Counted from the stretch's first letter, positions 19,808 to 30,013 are shown. The stretch is DNA of 64,000 bases from Gemmatimonas sp. (GCA_965279375.1 OZ257156.1:608001-672000), one strand, 5' to 3'. Notes: generated by a model from the sequence alone, not told the origin. Numbers and translations are program-made.

Positions 19808-20433
19808 GCGTCCTCCGGCCATCGATAGCCCGCGCGAACGAGTCGCTCCCGCAGGTCCTGCAGTCCGCGATACAGCAAATTGCGAACTTTCGCGTCTGAC
19901 CAACCCAACACCGTCATGATCTCGGCGCGCTCGTAGCCCGACAAATGCATCCGCACCACGATACGTCGCGCTTCGACGATCGACTCGAGCTCACGCGCGA
20001 CGGCCGCACCGAGCTCGGACTCCAGAAGCGCAGCGTCGGTCTGCTCATCCGCGATCAACGACGACGGAGTCGCAACGTCCAATGCGGGCTCGCGCTCCTC
20101 CGTTCGGCGCCGCTGCCGTACGAGGTCCACGGCCGCCGTCATCGCCGTCCGATACACGTAGGACGTTGGCAACTGCGCAATCTGCTCACTGTCGGGATGC
20201 GCACGCCAAATCCGAACGCGCACCTCCTGAACAAGGGCATCCAGGTCGGCGTCGGTCAGGCCATGCCGAACGCCCGCTGCGCGCACCATCCGACCGAGCC
20301 GTTGCAGTACGGCTTCGATCGGGAGCGACAGCATATCCGGTGACGATTTCGGCGCGTTCACGGCATCGATCGTAGATCGCAAACCGGCTGCCCGCCAGCG
20401 GCCATCCAGTGAGTCGCGGTCAATTGCGGTCAA
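19804..20433 (-). CDS. ECF sigma-70 factor
   Basis: DLDALVQEVRVRIW, YVYRTAMTAAVDLVR (sigma2); EIMTVLGWSDAKVRNLLYRGLQDLR (sigma4); start uncertain (TTG 20433 or ATG 20334). Confidence 0.87.
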   Translation of the reverse strand: MTAIDRDSLDGRWRAAGLRSTIDAVNAPKSSPDMLSLPIEAVLQRLGRMVRAAGVRHGLTDADLDALVQEVRVRIWRAHPDSEQIAQLPTSYVYRTAMTAAVDLVRQRRRTEEREPALDVATPSSLIADEQTDAALLESELGAAVARELESIVEARRIVVRMHLSGYERAEIMTVLGWSDAKVRNLLYRGLQDLRERLVRAGYRWPEDA

Positions 20434-23400
20434 TTCCAGCCAAACAGCGCGCCGATCCTCGAGTCGCGGGACGCAAGCTCAAACCCTCCCATCAGATATC
20501 CTTGCAGATCGCCTTCCGCACGACTCGCGAGCGATTCCAGGTCGAGCTGCACTGCGGCCGCCTCACGTGTCTTGCCGTGCGCTGAAAGTTCGCTCATGCG
20601 CCGTAGCAGCACGCCATGCGCCCACGCCGCCCGATGGGCGCGGGTCCGCGAGCCTGCCGGCGCATCATCGACGTAGGCCTGCACAACGGGGCCGAGCGAC
20701 CGAGCGGGAGACGCAGGTACCGCCGCACCGCCCGCTTGCTGCAGCGCCGTGATCGCATCCAACGCGCGGGCGAACTTCGCCGCCGGTGGCTCGACGGGCG
20801 CGTCGGTTAGCGATGCATGCGACAGCAATCGATCACGCAGTGCCGCGCTCACTGCAGTCAGCTCTGCATCGAACGCTTCACCATCTGTGAGCGCCAGCCG
20901 TAGCGCCTCCGCCTGCGCGGCGGCGCGCTCCGGTTCAAGGTGCGTGATGCGCTGTGCACTATAGAGAAAGTAGAGCAAGCCGGCGGCCACGCGTTGCGCA
21001 TCGAGTTGGATCGTGCGTGGCAGCCAACCGCGCTCGATCGCGCGCAATACCCACTGCCGAGCGACTGCCTCGCACGGATGTGCCTCGACGAAGCGATTGC
21101 GCTGGCCCATCACCACGATGTTGTAGCAAGAATCGGCCAGCGACAGCTCGTGGAGTCGCGGCTCAACGAGATCTCCCGATCGCGTCGACTGTCGATCGAC
21201 GGAGTATTGAATCTCGAAGAACGCTGCCACGGCCGGATCGCTTCGATCGTTCACCGACAACCCGCCCGCGTTGAACGTCTCGGGCTCCCGCTCGAGATCC
21301 GCTCGCTCACGTTCGGCCAACAGCGCCCGCACCACGCCGCGCCACTCCGGCTCACTCAACGCGATCCGTTCGGCGAGGCTGATCGCGCGATCGAGTGCGA
21401 GGTTTGCGGCAGCCTCGCTGCCAGCCTCTCCTCCGCCAAGATTCGCCATCTCCGAGTCACCGGCAGTCGCCGAGCGTAGCGCGCTGGCCGCGAGTTGCTG
21501 GCAGACCGCTTCCACATCGGGTGCGCCGAGGTCGCGGGCAAGTGCGCAGAGCGCGAGTGCCTCGCTCGCGGACGGCGTCGGTTCACCCTCTTCGACGGAG
21601 AATGCGAATATTCCTTCCACACAATCGAGTGCGGCGCTCAGGCGAAGCTGCGCCGGGTCCGACTCGAGCGACTCGCGCGCTGTCATGAGCAACTTCGTCA
21701 ACGTCTCGGACTGCGTTTCGGGCGCGCGCAACCCGACACAGAACTCCGCCACGCATCGCAGCAGGGCGACCGCGATGTCATCGCTCGCACCCCAGTCGTC
21801 GTTGCGTTCATCGCCGACGTGATCGTTCCGACGATCCGCGACGTGCTCGCTGTCGCCCAAGCGGCGCCACGGGTCGCCGAAGAGCAACAATGCTCCCCAT
21901 GCATCTGGGGCGTGCGCGGAGGACGCTGCCGCGCGCGCGTGGCGCATTGCGCTACCCACGGTGTCGGTCAGGGCATGGCGATAGAATGCTTCTGCCATCT
22001 CAGCGGCAACCGTATCGTACACCGGCAGTTGACTGGCCACGACCGCTGGTGCGCCACGCTGCATCAGAGCGGCGGCGAGCCCGCGGCTCGCTCCGCCGCC
22101 CAGATAGTCACTGGCGCCGACAGAGCAGACGTTGAGGTACGTGATCGCGGCGCATTCGCTGGCCGCCGAGAGTACATCAGCGGTGGAAAGTCGCGCGCTG
22201 GGTGAGAGCCAGATGCTGTGCAGGCCGTCTTCAACGTCTGCGTGCGCGGCGACATGCACGAGCGCCGCCGCACGCAGACCGCGCAGCATCGAGGAAGCGG
22301 AGAGCTCGTCCGAAGGGAGCTCCGGGACGTCCCACGCGCCGCGCGCCCGCAGCGCGTGCGCGAGACGATCACGCTCGGGCGTCGCAAACGGCAGTGGGTC
22401 GGATGAAATCGCTTCCGCGGCGGCGACGCACAGCGCACGAGCCGGCGCGACCTCCATGCGCGTGGGCGCTTCGAGAATGGTCGTGAGTGCGCGCAGCGAC
22501 GACGCGCGCGATACGACGTGCGTGGTGCCCAGATAGCCGCGCGTGGTTCGCAACAGTTCCCAGGGAATCTCTGCCTGCGCCGCCGAAAGATCGGGAGAGA
22601 TGAGCAGCGTTGCGTGCGACTCGATGAGGTGCTGCACGCGCGGTGGAATGGACGACCAGATTGCGCGCGCTGCGGCGTCGAGCGTCGCCGTCGCGGCGTC
22701 TTCGTCTACCGTTTGCTGATCGAGGAAGGAGCGCATGATCAGCGACACTGAATCGGCAGCCGATTCGAACCCGTCGAGCGCGCGATGCAGCTCCAGACCG
22801 CCCTCTGCCGTCACCACCACGAGCGTGGTACCGCGCGCCGTTGCCGTCGGAATGAGAACGAGCGTGCTCGCCAGTGCCGCGTCGCGCGCCCCCTGCTCCT
22901 CCGACGCCTCGCGCCGAGTGCTCTGCGCCATTCGCTGTGCGATGCGCCCAAGCCAATCGTTGGCCAGTGCACGCGCACGTTGCACCGGGCTTGCCCGATC
23001 GTGATCGGTGCGATCGGCAAACACCTCATCGGTAGTGCGCGTGGTTTCAAGGCACGCCGAGAGGCGCACGCGGGCGTTGTCATCGCCTGAGTCCAGATAG
23101 CGTGCAATGGCTGCGTCTGTGACGCGATGTAGCGCGCGCTCCGCGTACGCGCGAAATGGCAGATGCTGCAGCGTATCTCGCAGCGACTTCTCCGTCAGCC
23201 GATAGCAGGTCATGAACAGCTCGATCGACGCCGTGGTCGCTTCGCCTTGCGTGCGCACGAGGTAGTCGAGTCGATCGTAGGCGACCGTCGTCCAGGAGAG
23301 CGCGTCGGCCGCGCGTGTGAGTGCAGCATTGGCCTGCGCAAAGTCGGCATGCGCAAGGTCGGCATGCGCAGATTCGGCATGCGCGTCCGACGCGTCGTGC

Positions 23401-24398
23401 CTGTTGCCTCGCAGTCCGTAGAGCATCGCCACGAGCGCCTGCTCGTGGCGATCATCGGAGTCGAGCCGCGATGCCAGCAGGGCATCGAGTGCAGGGATGC
23501 GCTCTGCCCCGTCGAGATGCTGGAGCGCGGCGTGGACCTCTGTCGCGCCCAGCGCACTCGGAATACCAAAGGCCTCACACATCGTGGCCGCGGCCAGAGC
23601 GGCGCTCGCGGCCTGATCGCGCGTTACTGTGCGCGCAACTCCCAGCGCCGCACGGACCATGTGCCCGTGCAACGGACGCTCGAGCAGCTTCACGGCAGCG
23701 GCGTCCTGTTCGGCGAGGTCCGGCGAGTCGCCAAAGCACACGCGAAGCCATTCGTGCGCGAGGGCGCGCGTGGACGCCGTAGTACGCACGAGCGGCTCGG
23801 CGAACGTCAGCGCGCGACGATAGTGGCCGGCGGCCGCGCGTCGCTCCAACAGCGACTCCGCCAGCATCCCCTCGATCAAGCTGAGCTGTGCGTGAGCCCA
23901 AGCGTTCAGGGGCCGTGCACTCGTCGCCTTCCCAAGCAACAGGCGCGCGTGAGCCAGGGAGCGGCGTGCAGCCTGCAGATCGTCGCTTGCAGCAGACGCA
24001 TCGGCATGGAGAAGCGCGGCCAACACCACCGACAGCTCACCATCCACGCTGTTGCCGCTGCCCACCGAGGCTGCACGTGACGACGCTGGCTGAAAGAACC
24101 ATGCATCCAGCACGACGGTGCTGAAGGCAATCACCAGCGAGCTGGAACCCGCAGTCTGCGCGGTGAATGCCGACGACAGCGCGAGTCGACAGACATCGGC
24201 GGAGTGCTCAGGAAACGCGTTGAGCCACTCGGCGAGCGCCTGGGCGGCACGCTCACCACCGGCAGCATTGCGATAGCCTGAACTGATCCAGGCCTGCGTT
24301 GCCGCGAGATGCTGCTGCCAGAATGCACCGGCTGTCGGTGCGTCATCATTGGAAGTCATCGGCCTCTCCGGTCTGGTAGGAGCCGGCGCAGCGTTCAA
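20430..24398 (-). CDS. Large CHAT-domain protein (central CHAT, long helical flanks)
   Basis: LLISPD...IPWELL, LVHVAAHA (His), YLNVCSVG (Cys), ALMQRGAPAVVASQLPVYD, WGALLLFGDP. Confidence 0.82.
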   Translation of the reverse strand: MNAAPAPTRPERPMTSNDDAPTAGAFWQQHLAATQAWISSGYRNAAGGERAAQALAEWLNAFPEHSADVCRLALSSAFTAQTAGSSSLVIAFSTVVLDAWFFQPASSRAASVGSGNSVDGELSVVLAALLHADASAASDDLQAARRSLAHARLLLGKATSARPLNAWAHAQLSLIEGMLAESLLERRAAAGHYRRALTFAEPLVRTTASTRALAHEWLRVCFGDSPDLAEQDAAAVKLLERPLHGHMVRAALGVARTVTRDQAASAALAAATMCEAFGIPSALGATEVHAALQHLDGAERIPALDALLASRLDSDDRHEQALVAMLYGLRGNRHDASDAHAESAHADLAHADFAQANAALTRAADALSWTTVAYDRLDYLVRTQGEATTASIELFMTCYRLTEKSLRDTLQHLPFRAYAERALHRVTDAAIARYLDSGDDNARVRLSACLETTRTTDEVFADRTDHDRASPVQRARALANDWLGRIAQRMAQSTRREASEEQGARDAALASTLVLIPTATARGTTLVVVTAEGGLELHRALDGFESAADSVSLIMRSFLDQQTVDEDAATATLDAAARAIWSSIPPRVQHLIESHATLLISPDLSAAQAEIPWELLRTTRGYLGTTHVVSRASSLRALTTILEAPTRMEVAPARALCVAAAEAISSDPLPFATPERDRLAHALRARGAWDVPELPSDELSASSMLRGLRAAALVHVAAHADVEDGLHSIWLSPSARLSTADVLSAASECAAITYLNVCSVGASDYLGGGASRGLAAALMQRGAPAVVASQLPVYDTVAAEMAEAFYRHALTDTVGSAMRHARAAASSAHAPDAWGALLLFGDPWRRLGDSEHVADRRNDHVGDERNDDWGASDDIAVALLRCVAEFCVGLRAPETQSETLTKLLMTARESLESDPAQLRLSAALDCVEGIFAFSVEEGEPTPSASEALALCALARDLGAPDVEAVCQQLAASALRSATAGDSEMANLGGGEAGSEAAANLALDRAISLAERIALSEPEWRGVVRALLAERERADLEREPETFNAGGLSVNDRSDPAVAAFFEIQYSVDRQSTRSGDLVEPRLHELSLADSCYNIVVMGQRNRFVEAHPCEAVARQWVLRAIERGWLPRTIQLDAQRVAAGLLYFLYSAQRITHLEPERAAAQAEALRLALTDGEAFDAELTAVSAALRDRLLSHASLTDAPVEPPAAKFARALDAITALQQAGGAAVPASPARSLGPVVQAYVDDAPAGSRTRAHRAAWAHGVLLRRMSELSAHGKTREAAAVQLDLESLASRAEGDLQGYLMGGFELASRDSRIGALFGWN

Positions 24399-25123
24399 TG
24401 CTGCGTCGAGAGCCAGCGTCGCAATCGTGTGGCCACGTCGGGGGGAATCACTTCGGACAGCCCGTCAAGGAGCGCGTTCGCTCGCTCAATGTCGCCCGAC
24501 CTTGCGGTCAGCGCCACCGCGTTCTGCGCGGCCTGTTCGATGCGCTTCGCGCCGCTGTCGTCGTGCTCGGCCTCCCGCAACAGCATGACCAGCGCCTCCA
24601 GCGTGGTCTTCGCCGCCGTCGCATCGTCTCCTTCGCGTTCAAACACGCCCGCCTGCAGGAGTTTGAAGAGTGCGACAGCCGACGGTGCGTCGAGCTGTGT
24701 GGCAATCGTGAGTCCGTCGGCCACGCGCGCGGCTGGGTATGGGCCAGTCGCACTCACAATGTCGTCGTAGCAACGAAAGAGCTCGAGCACGCGCGCACGA
24801 TCAGGCGCCTCGTCGAGAAACGCGTGCACCGCCGCGTACCGCTCGGGCGACGCCGCACCCGCGCCCCGGAAATCCTCGATGAGCAGATACACCGCCTCGG
24901 CCTCTTCATAGGAGATGCCGCCATACGGTGGCGATCCACCGACAGACCAGAGCAGCTGCGTGAACGACGCCTCGTCGTCCGCGAGCATGCTGCGCAGCAG
25001 CCAGTGCGGCCAGGGCATCGACGTTTCGTCCGTCTCGCTGCTCCCCGCTTCGCTTGATGCACTGTCGGATGCGTTGTCGGATGCGTTGCCAGAGCTGTGA
25101 TCAGAAGTGCTGTCGGCCGACAT
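24395..25123 (-). CDS. Hypothetical helical protein, first gene of the CHAT-sigma operon
   Basis: GGAGG RBS; Ser/Asp-rich N-terminus; TPR-like C-terminal helices; stop overlaps next start. Confidence 0.7.
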   Translation of the reverse strand: MSADSTSDHSSGNASDNASDSASSEAGSSETDETSMPWPHWLLRSMLADDEASFTQLLWSVGGSPPYGGISYEEAEAVYLLIEDFRGAGAASPERYAAVHAFLDEAPDRARVLELFRCYDDIVSATGPYPAARVADGLTIATQLDAPSAVALFKLLQAGVFEREGDDATAAKTTLEALVMLLREAEHDDSGAKRIEQAAQNAVALTARSGDIERANALLDGLSEVIPPDVATRLRRWLSTQH

Positions 25124-25283
25124 GAATACCTCCGGACGCGGGGACGCACAGCATCGCAGCAAGACTGCCGCAGGATGCAGGACTTCCGCACCACTTTATG
25201 CGCCATTGCGCAGAGCACAAGCGCGTCGATCCTTTCGATCCGGTCAATCGATGCTTCAGCTCGCTGGCCGCTGTGCGAACTCA

Positions 25284-25315
25284 GGGATTTCCCCATCACG
25301 AACTGGGGAGTTCCC
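25284..25315. promoter_or_regulatory. Two quasi-palindromes (GGGATTTCCC, GGGAGTTCCC) 22 bp apart upstream of bchE
   Basis: Seen at 25284-25293 and 25306-25315, each preceded by CGAACT. Confidence 0.5.
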
Positions 25316-25398
25316 TTATCCCGAGCAACCGAGCACGAAGGAAAGTTCTCCGACAGCAAGCATCGTCCTTTCCTTGACCGTCTCGTCGGAGCCTCCGC

Positions 25399-27090
25399 AT
25401 GCGCATTCTCCTCATCCACCCGAACTACCACTCCGGCGGCGCGGAGATCGCGGGTAATTGGCCACCTGCATGGGTGGCATATCTGGCCGGTGCACTCAAG
25501 GGCAACGGTTACACGGATATCCGGTTCATCGACGCGATGACCGATCATATCGACGACGCGGCGCTGGAAGGAATTCTGCGCGAGGAGAAGCCGGATCTCG
25601 TACTCTGCACGGCGATCACCCCGGCTATCTACAAGGCGCAGTCGACGATGGCGCTGGTCAAGCGCCTGCACCCGAATGCGGTGACGGTACTCGGCGGCAT
25701 CCACGGCACGTTCATGTACGGTCAGGTGCTGACCGAGACGCCTGATATCGACTACATCATTCGCGGCGAAGGCGAGGAGATTCTCGTCAACTTCGTGAAC
25801 GCGTTGAGTGCGGGGCGCCTGACCCAAGAACGCGCGAGCATCAAGGGGATCGCGTATCTCGAAAACGGCATCCCCACTGCGACGCCGGCACACCCGCCGA
25901 TCCAGGATCTCGACTCGCTCAAGCCCGACTGGAGCATCCTGAACTGGGATCGGTACATCTATATCCCGCTCAACTGCCGAGTGGCGATCCCCAACTTTGC
26001 GCGCGGCTGCCCGTTCACCTGCAGCTTCTGCTCGCAGTGGAAGTTCTGGCGTCAGTATCGCACGCGCGATCCGAAGAAGTTCGTGGACGAAATCGAAGTG
26101 CTGGTGAAGCAGCATAACGTCGGATTCTTCATTCTTGCCGACGAAGAGCCGACGATCAATCGCAAGAAGTTCGTCGAGCTGTGCGAGGAGCTGATCAAAC
26201 GCGACCTGGGCATCAAGTGGGGCATCAACACCCGCGTGACGGACATCCTGCGCGATGAAGAATTGCTGCCGCTCTATCGCAAGGCTGGCCTCGTGCACGT
26301 GTCGCTCGGCACAGAGGCGGCGGCGCAGCTCAAGCTCGATCGCTTCAACAAGGAGATCAAGGTCGAGCAGAGCAAGAAGGCGATCGCACTGCTGCGCGCG
26401 AACGGCATCGTGACGGAGGCGCAGTTCATCGTCGGCCTCGAGAACGAGACACCGGAGACGCTCGAAGAGACGTACAAGATGGCGCTCGACTGGAAGCCCG
26501 ATCTGGTCAACTGGAACTGCTACACACCGTGGCCCTTCAGCGATCTGTTCCAGGAGCTGGGCGACAAGGTCGAAGTGCGCGACTACGCCAAGTACAACTT
26601 CGTCACGCCGATCATTCAGCCGGACGCGATGACGCGCGATGAAGTGCTCAAGGGCGTGCTCAACAACTATCGCCGCTTCTACTTCAAGAAGGCGACGTGG
26701 GGCTACTTGTGGGACAAGGACGCCTACCGACAGAAGTATCTGCGCGGCTGCCTCAAGGCCTACATGAAGAGTGCGATGGAGCGGCGCTTCTACGACCTCG
26801 GCCGCATCAACTACTGGGGTCAGAGCACAGTGGACTGGAAGTTCGATGAGTCAAAGACCACCAGCAAGGAAGAGCTGATCCGCCTGCGACAGAAGCGCGA
26901 GATCCAGCACGTGCGCGTGGAAGGCGGTCACCAGAGCGGACAACGCACGGAGTTGCCGATGATCGCGATGGGCGGACACAACCTGCCTGCCGACGAATTC
27001 ATCGCGCCGAAGCGCTCGCGGTTGGTGGCCGATGGTACGCCACCACTCGACGATACGGAGAAGTCTCACGAGCCCATTCGAGCCTGCTGA
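25399..27090 (+). CDS. bchE: Mg-protoporphyrin IX monomethyl ester anaerobic oxidative cyclase (B12-binding radical SAM)
   Basis: Diagnostic N-terminus [35 protein letters not shown] (CxxxCxxC), [29 protein letters not shown]. Confidence 0.94.
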   Translation: MRILLIHPNYHSGGAEIAGNWPPAWVAYLAGALKGNGYTDIRFIDAMTDHIDDAALEGILREEKPDLVLCTAITPAIYKAQSTMALVKRLHPNAVTVLGGIHGTFMYGQVLTETPDIDYIIRGEGEEILVNFVNALSAGRLTQERASIKGIAYLENGIPTATPAHPPIQDLDSLKPDWSILNWDRYIYIPLNCRVAIPNFARGCPFTCSFCSQWKFWRQYRTRDPKKFVDEIEVLVKQHNVGFFILADEEPTINRKKFVELCEELIKRDLGIKWGINTRVTDILRDEELLPLYRKAGLVHVSLGTEAAAQLKLDRFNKEIKVEQSKKAIALLRANGIVTEAQFIVGLENETPETLEETYKMALDWKPDLVNWNCYTPWPFSDLFQELGDKVEVRDYAKYNFVTPIIQPDAMTRDEVLKGVLNNYRRFYFKKATWGYLWDKDAYRQKYLRGCLKAYMKSAMERRFYDLGRINYWGQSTVDWKFDESKTTSKEELIRLRQKREIQHVRVEGGHQSGQRTELPMIAMGGHNLPADEFIAPKRSRLVADGTPPLDDTEKSHEPIRAC

Positions 27091-27108
27091 CCGCTCGCCA
27101 CTACCGAC

Positions 27109-28221
27109 ATGCCGCATGCCCTGACACCCGAGAACTATGACGCCATCGTCGCTGACTTTCAGCGCGATGGTGTCGTGGTGTTGACCGATGTCGATCCGCG
27201 TCCGCTCGAAATTCTCACCCGCATGCTCGCCGAGCAAAGCGGGCTCGATACCGCCACCATTCGCGCCGCTGGTCATGACGCCGGCGTCGAGATTGGCGCG
27301 GATGTGCGACAACGCATCGCGCGTGGCCACATGACGTCGGAGTTGCGTGAGACGAGCCACGCCGTCTTTGGCGATCTGCTCACACGCTTGATCGGTCCGC
27401 TCATTCACACGAGTCAGACCTTTCACTACCAGCTCAAGCCGCGCGATCAGCGGGATGTGATCCTCCAAGGCTATAGCGGCGACGGACGCGAAGTGCAGGC
27501 GCTCTACGGCATCCACAACGAATTTACGGCCGCGCGCGTGCTCACCAGTCCGAGCGCGGTCGTCTGCTGGATTCCGCTCAACACGTTCGACGGCAAGGCG
27601 CTCTACTTCTATCCGGGCTCACATCGATTGGGCATGGTAGCCAACCGCTGGCTTCCTCGTCACGATGCGTGCGAAGGAATCGAGCGCGTGGGGCCGGTGG
27701 TGGAGTATCAGCCCAAGCTCGGCGAAGTGGTGATCTTCAACTTCCTGCTGCTGCACGGCAGTGGGGCCGCGGTGCAGGGCGAACCGATGCAGGGGCCGCA
27801 GCCGACGCGTATCAGCTGCGACCTCCGCTTCTTCCCGTTCAGCGGAGTGCTCGACTCCGAGGCGTCTGCGCTCCGCCCCGACCCGATCGGGTGGATCAAC
27901 GCACATCTGCCAACGCTCACGGACGACCTGCTGTTGGCGCCGCTGTATGAGGTGCTGGCGTACATGGGGCAACCCATCGACTGGCCAACGCTCCCGAAGC
28001 ACTCGGTCGCGCACTGGGCGCGCTTCGTGGAGGGATTGGTCAGCGGCGACACGGCACAGCGGTACGACGCGATCGCGCAGCTCGCCAACACCGACATCGG
28101 CTTCGATCCGCTACAGAGCTACCTCGACCGGTTTGCCGGCGCCGCGCTCACGCAGCGCCCGTACGAATCGATACGTGGAGTCGTGCCGCAGGCGGAGGCG
28201 ATGCTATCGAGTTTGGCGTAA
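27109..28221 (+). CDS. Phytanoyl-CoA dioxygenase-like Fe(II)/2-oxoglutarate oxygenase
   Basis: FQRDGVVVL, IHNE (HxE), VVCWIPL, YPGSH, GEVVIFNFLLLHGS, RISCDLRF. Confidence 0.7.
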   Translation: MPHALTPENYDAIVADFQRDGVVVLTDVDPRPLEILTRMLAEQSGLDTATIRAAGHDAGVEIGADVRQRIARGHMTSELRETSHAVFGDLLTRLIGPLIHTSQTFHYQLKPRDQRDVILQGYSGDGREVQALYGIHNEFTAARVLTSPSAVVCWIPLNTFDGKALYFYPGSHRLGMVANRWLPRHDACEGIERVGPVVEYQPKLGEVVIFNFLLLHGSGAAVQGEPMQGPQPTRISCDLRFFPFSGVLDSEASALRPDPIGWINAHLPTLTDDLLLAPLYEVLAYMGQPIDWPTLPKHSVAHWARFVEGLVSGDTAQRYDAIAQLANTDIGFDPLQSYLDRFAGAALTQRPYESIRGVVPQAEAMLSSLA

Positions 28222-28251
28222 GCGCGCAGACATCCAACCCACACTCCGATC

Positions 28252-29835
28252 CTACCGCGCGACCGCCGCACGCATCGGCCACGCGCGCATGCCAACCAAC
28301 GTCGCATTGCCGCCCATCGCGCGCAGTGCGACGTTCGTGCTGCTGGGCCGAGGAAAGATCCGGTCCGTCAGTACCACGCGACCGTCGCCTCCAAAGAGCT
28401 CGACCGACGACCGATCGACGAATACGCGCAGTCGTACGCGACCATTGCTTACGGCCATGGGCGCACTGTGCCTTCCCGCAAATGTTTTGCTGAACGCGCT
28501 CTGCCCCGCGTGCGATCGATCGATGAACACCGACGCGCTCGCGACATCGTAGCCCACGAGCGTCTCTTCATCGCCGCCACGCCGCACTGCGAGGGCCACT
28601 TCGCGCGCCGACCCGAGCGCGATGTCGAGCTCGAACTCCATCGCGTCACTGCGGAGTGCGCGTCCCGTCAGTACATCGGCTCCATCGCGCATCGCGACGT
28701 TGGTCAAGGCGACGGGCGAGCCGCGCAACGCGCGCAGCTCGGCCACTGGCGTTTGTGTAAGCACGAGGTCGCGCCCGTCTGGCACCAGCGAGAGTGCACG
28801 CGGTATGGTCATGGCACCGCGAAACGGTGACGTCGGCTCGTCGTTCGCGTACTCCCAGTTGCTCATCCACCCTAACCACACACGTCTGCCATCCCGCGCC
28901 GGCACGTCACTCCACGACACCGCGGCGTAAAAGTCCTTGCCGTAGTCCACCCAGCGTGTGCGTGTGGGCGCATCGTCCGAGACAAACGTCGTTCCGTCGA
29001 ATCGCCCCACGAAGTACTGCGCCCCCGATCCACCCGCCGGCGCGCCCGGGTTGATGTTCACCACCAGCACCCAACGCGTCTCGCCGGCGCGCCCCTGCAC
29101 CGGAAGCTCGAACAGGTCCGGGCATTCCCACTGTCCGTTGCTCGCACCAGCGGGCCCGAACTCGCTCAGCTGCTGCCAATGTGTGAGATCGGGTGAGGCA
29201 TACAGTCGCAGCTTCTGTTGCGTTGCCAACGAGACCACCATCACCCAGCGCTTGCTCGGCGCGTGCCAGAACACCTTGGGATCGCGAAAGTCCTTCGCGC
29301 CGATGTCCAGCACCGGATTGCCTGCGTACTTGGTCCACGTGCGACCACGATCGTTGCTGTACGCGATGTGCTGCGACTGATTGGCCTCCGTGTGCCCCGT
29401 GTAGATCGCCACGAGACACGACCGATCCGTTCCGTGCGGCGTACACAATCCGCTCGTGTTTTCCCGGTCCACCACCGCGCTTCCCGAGAAAATCATCACC
29501 CCGCGCTCCTCGGCCAGCGCCACGGGCAGATGCGTCCAGTGCACTAGATCGCGGCTGACCGCGTGCCCCCAGCTCATGTGCCCCCACTTATCGCCAAAGG
29601 GGTTGTGCTGGTAAAAGAGGTGCCACTCTCCCTGATACCAGACCATGCCGTTGGGATCGTTGGTCCAGTTGGTGGGCGGGGTGAAGTGAAAGCGAGGGCG
29701 ATCGACCTCAACGGCGAGGGTACCGCGCACGGCTCCCTGCGCCCGGGCGGTCACCGACGCGAAGGTGACCAGCAACGCGGCGAGCGCACTGACACCCACT
29801 CGCAGAGGGACTCGGCGCGACTGCGGCAACGGCAT
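28252..29835 (-). CDS. GH32 levanase / beta-fructosidase, exported
   Basis: WTNDPNG, WGHAVS, FSGS, FRDPKV, WECPDLF; signal peptide. Confidence 0.93.
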   Translation of the reverse strand: MPLPQSRRVPLRVGVSALAALLVTFASVTARAQGAVRGTLAVEVDRPRFHFTPPTNWTNDPNGMVWYQGEWHLFYQHNPFGDKWGHMSWGHAVSRDLVHWTHLPVALAEERGVMIFSGSAVVDRENTSGLCTPHGTDRSCLVAIYTGHTEANQSQHIAYSNDRGRTWTKYAGNPVLDIGAKDFRDPKVFWHAPSKRWVMVVSLATQQKLRLYASPDLTHWQQLSEFGPAGASNGQWECPDLFELPVQGRAGETRWVLVVNINPGAPAGGSGAQYFVGRFDGTTFVSDDAPTRTRWVDYGKDFYAAVSWSDVPARDGRRVWLGWMSNWEYANDEPTSPFRGAMTIPRALSLVPDGRDLVLTQTPVAELRALRGSPVALTNVAMRDGADVLTGRALRSDAMEFELDIALGSAREVALAVRRGGDEETLVGYDVASASVFIDRSHAGQSAFSKTFAGRHSAPMAVSNGRVRLRVFVDRSSVELFGGDGRVVLTDRIFPRPSSTNVALRAMGGNATLVGMRAWPMRAAVAR

Positions 29836-30013
29836 CGTTCGAGTGCGCACGAGTATCCTGAGTGAGGCGGTAGGGCGGCGGTGAGGTGTCGTGCCCATAA
29901 ATGTGTCCTGCCACGGGTTGCGGCAAGCGATAGAATGTCCTGAGCTTGCTTCAGACTTTCCTGGGGCCTCGCCGACCGGCTGGCGAATCCCCCCTGAACC
30001 CCTTCTGCACTCG

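Noticed and set aside
16195..24398. Type III-E CRISPR (Craspase) locus
   Set aside because: No Cas7-11, cas genes or array; only a mechanistic analogy
25124..25398. Cobalamin riboswitch, FNR box or PpsR box upstream of bchE
   Set aside because: No recognisable B12 box or consensus match by eye; needs an Rfam scan to exclude
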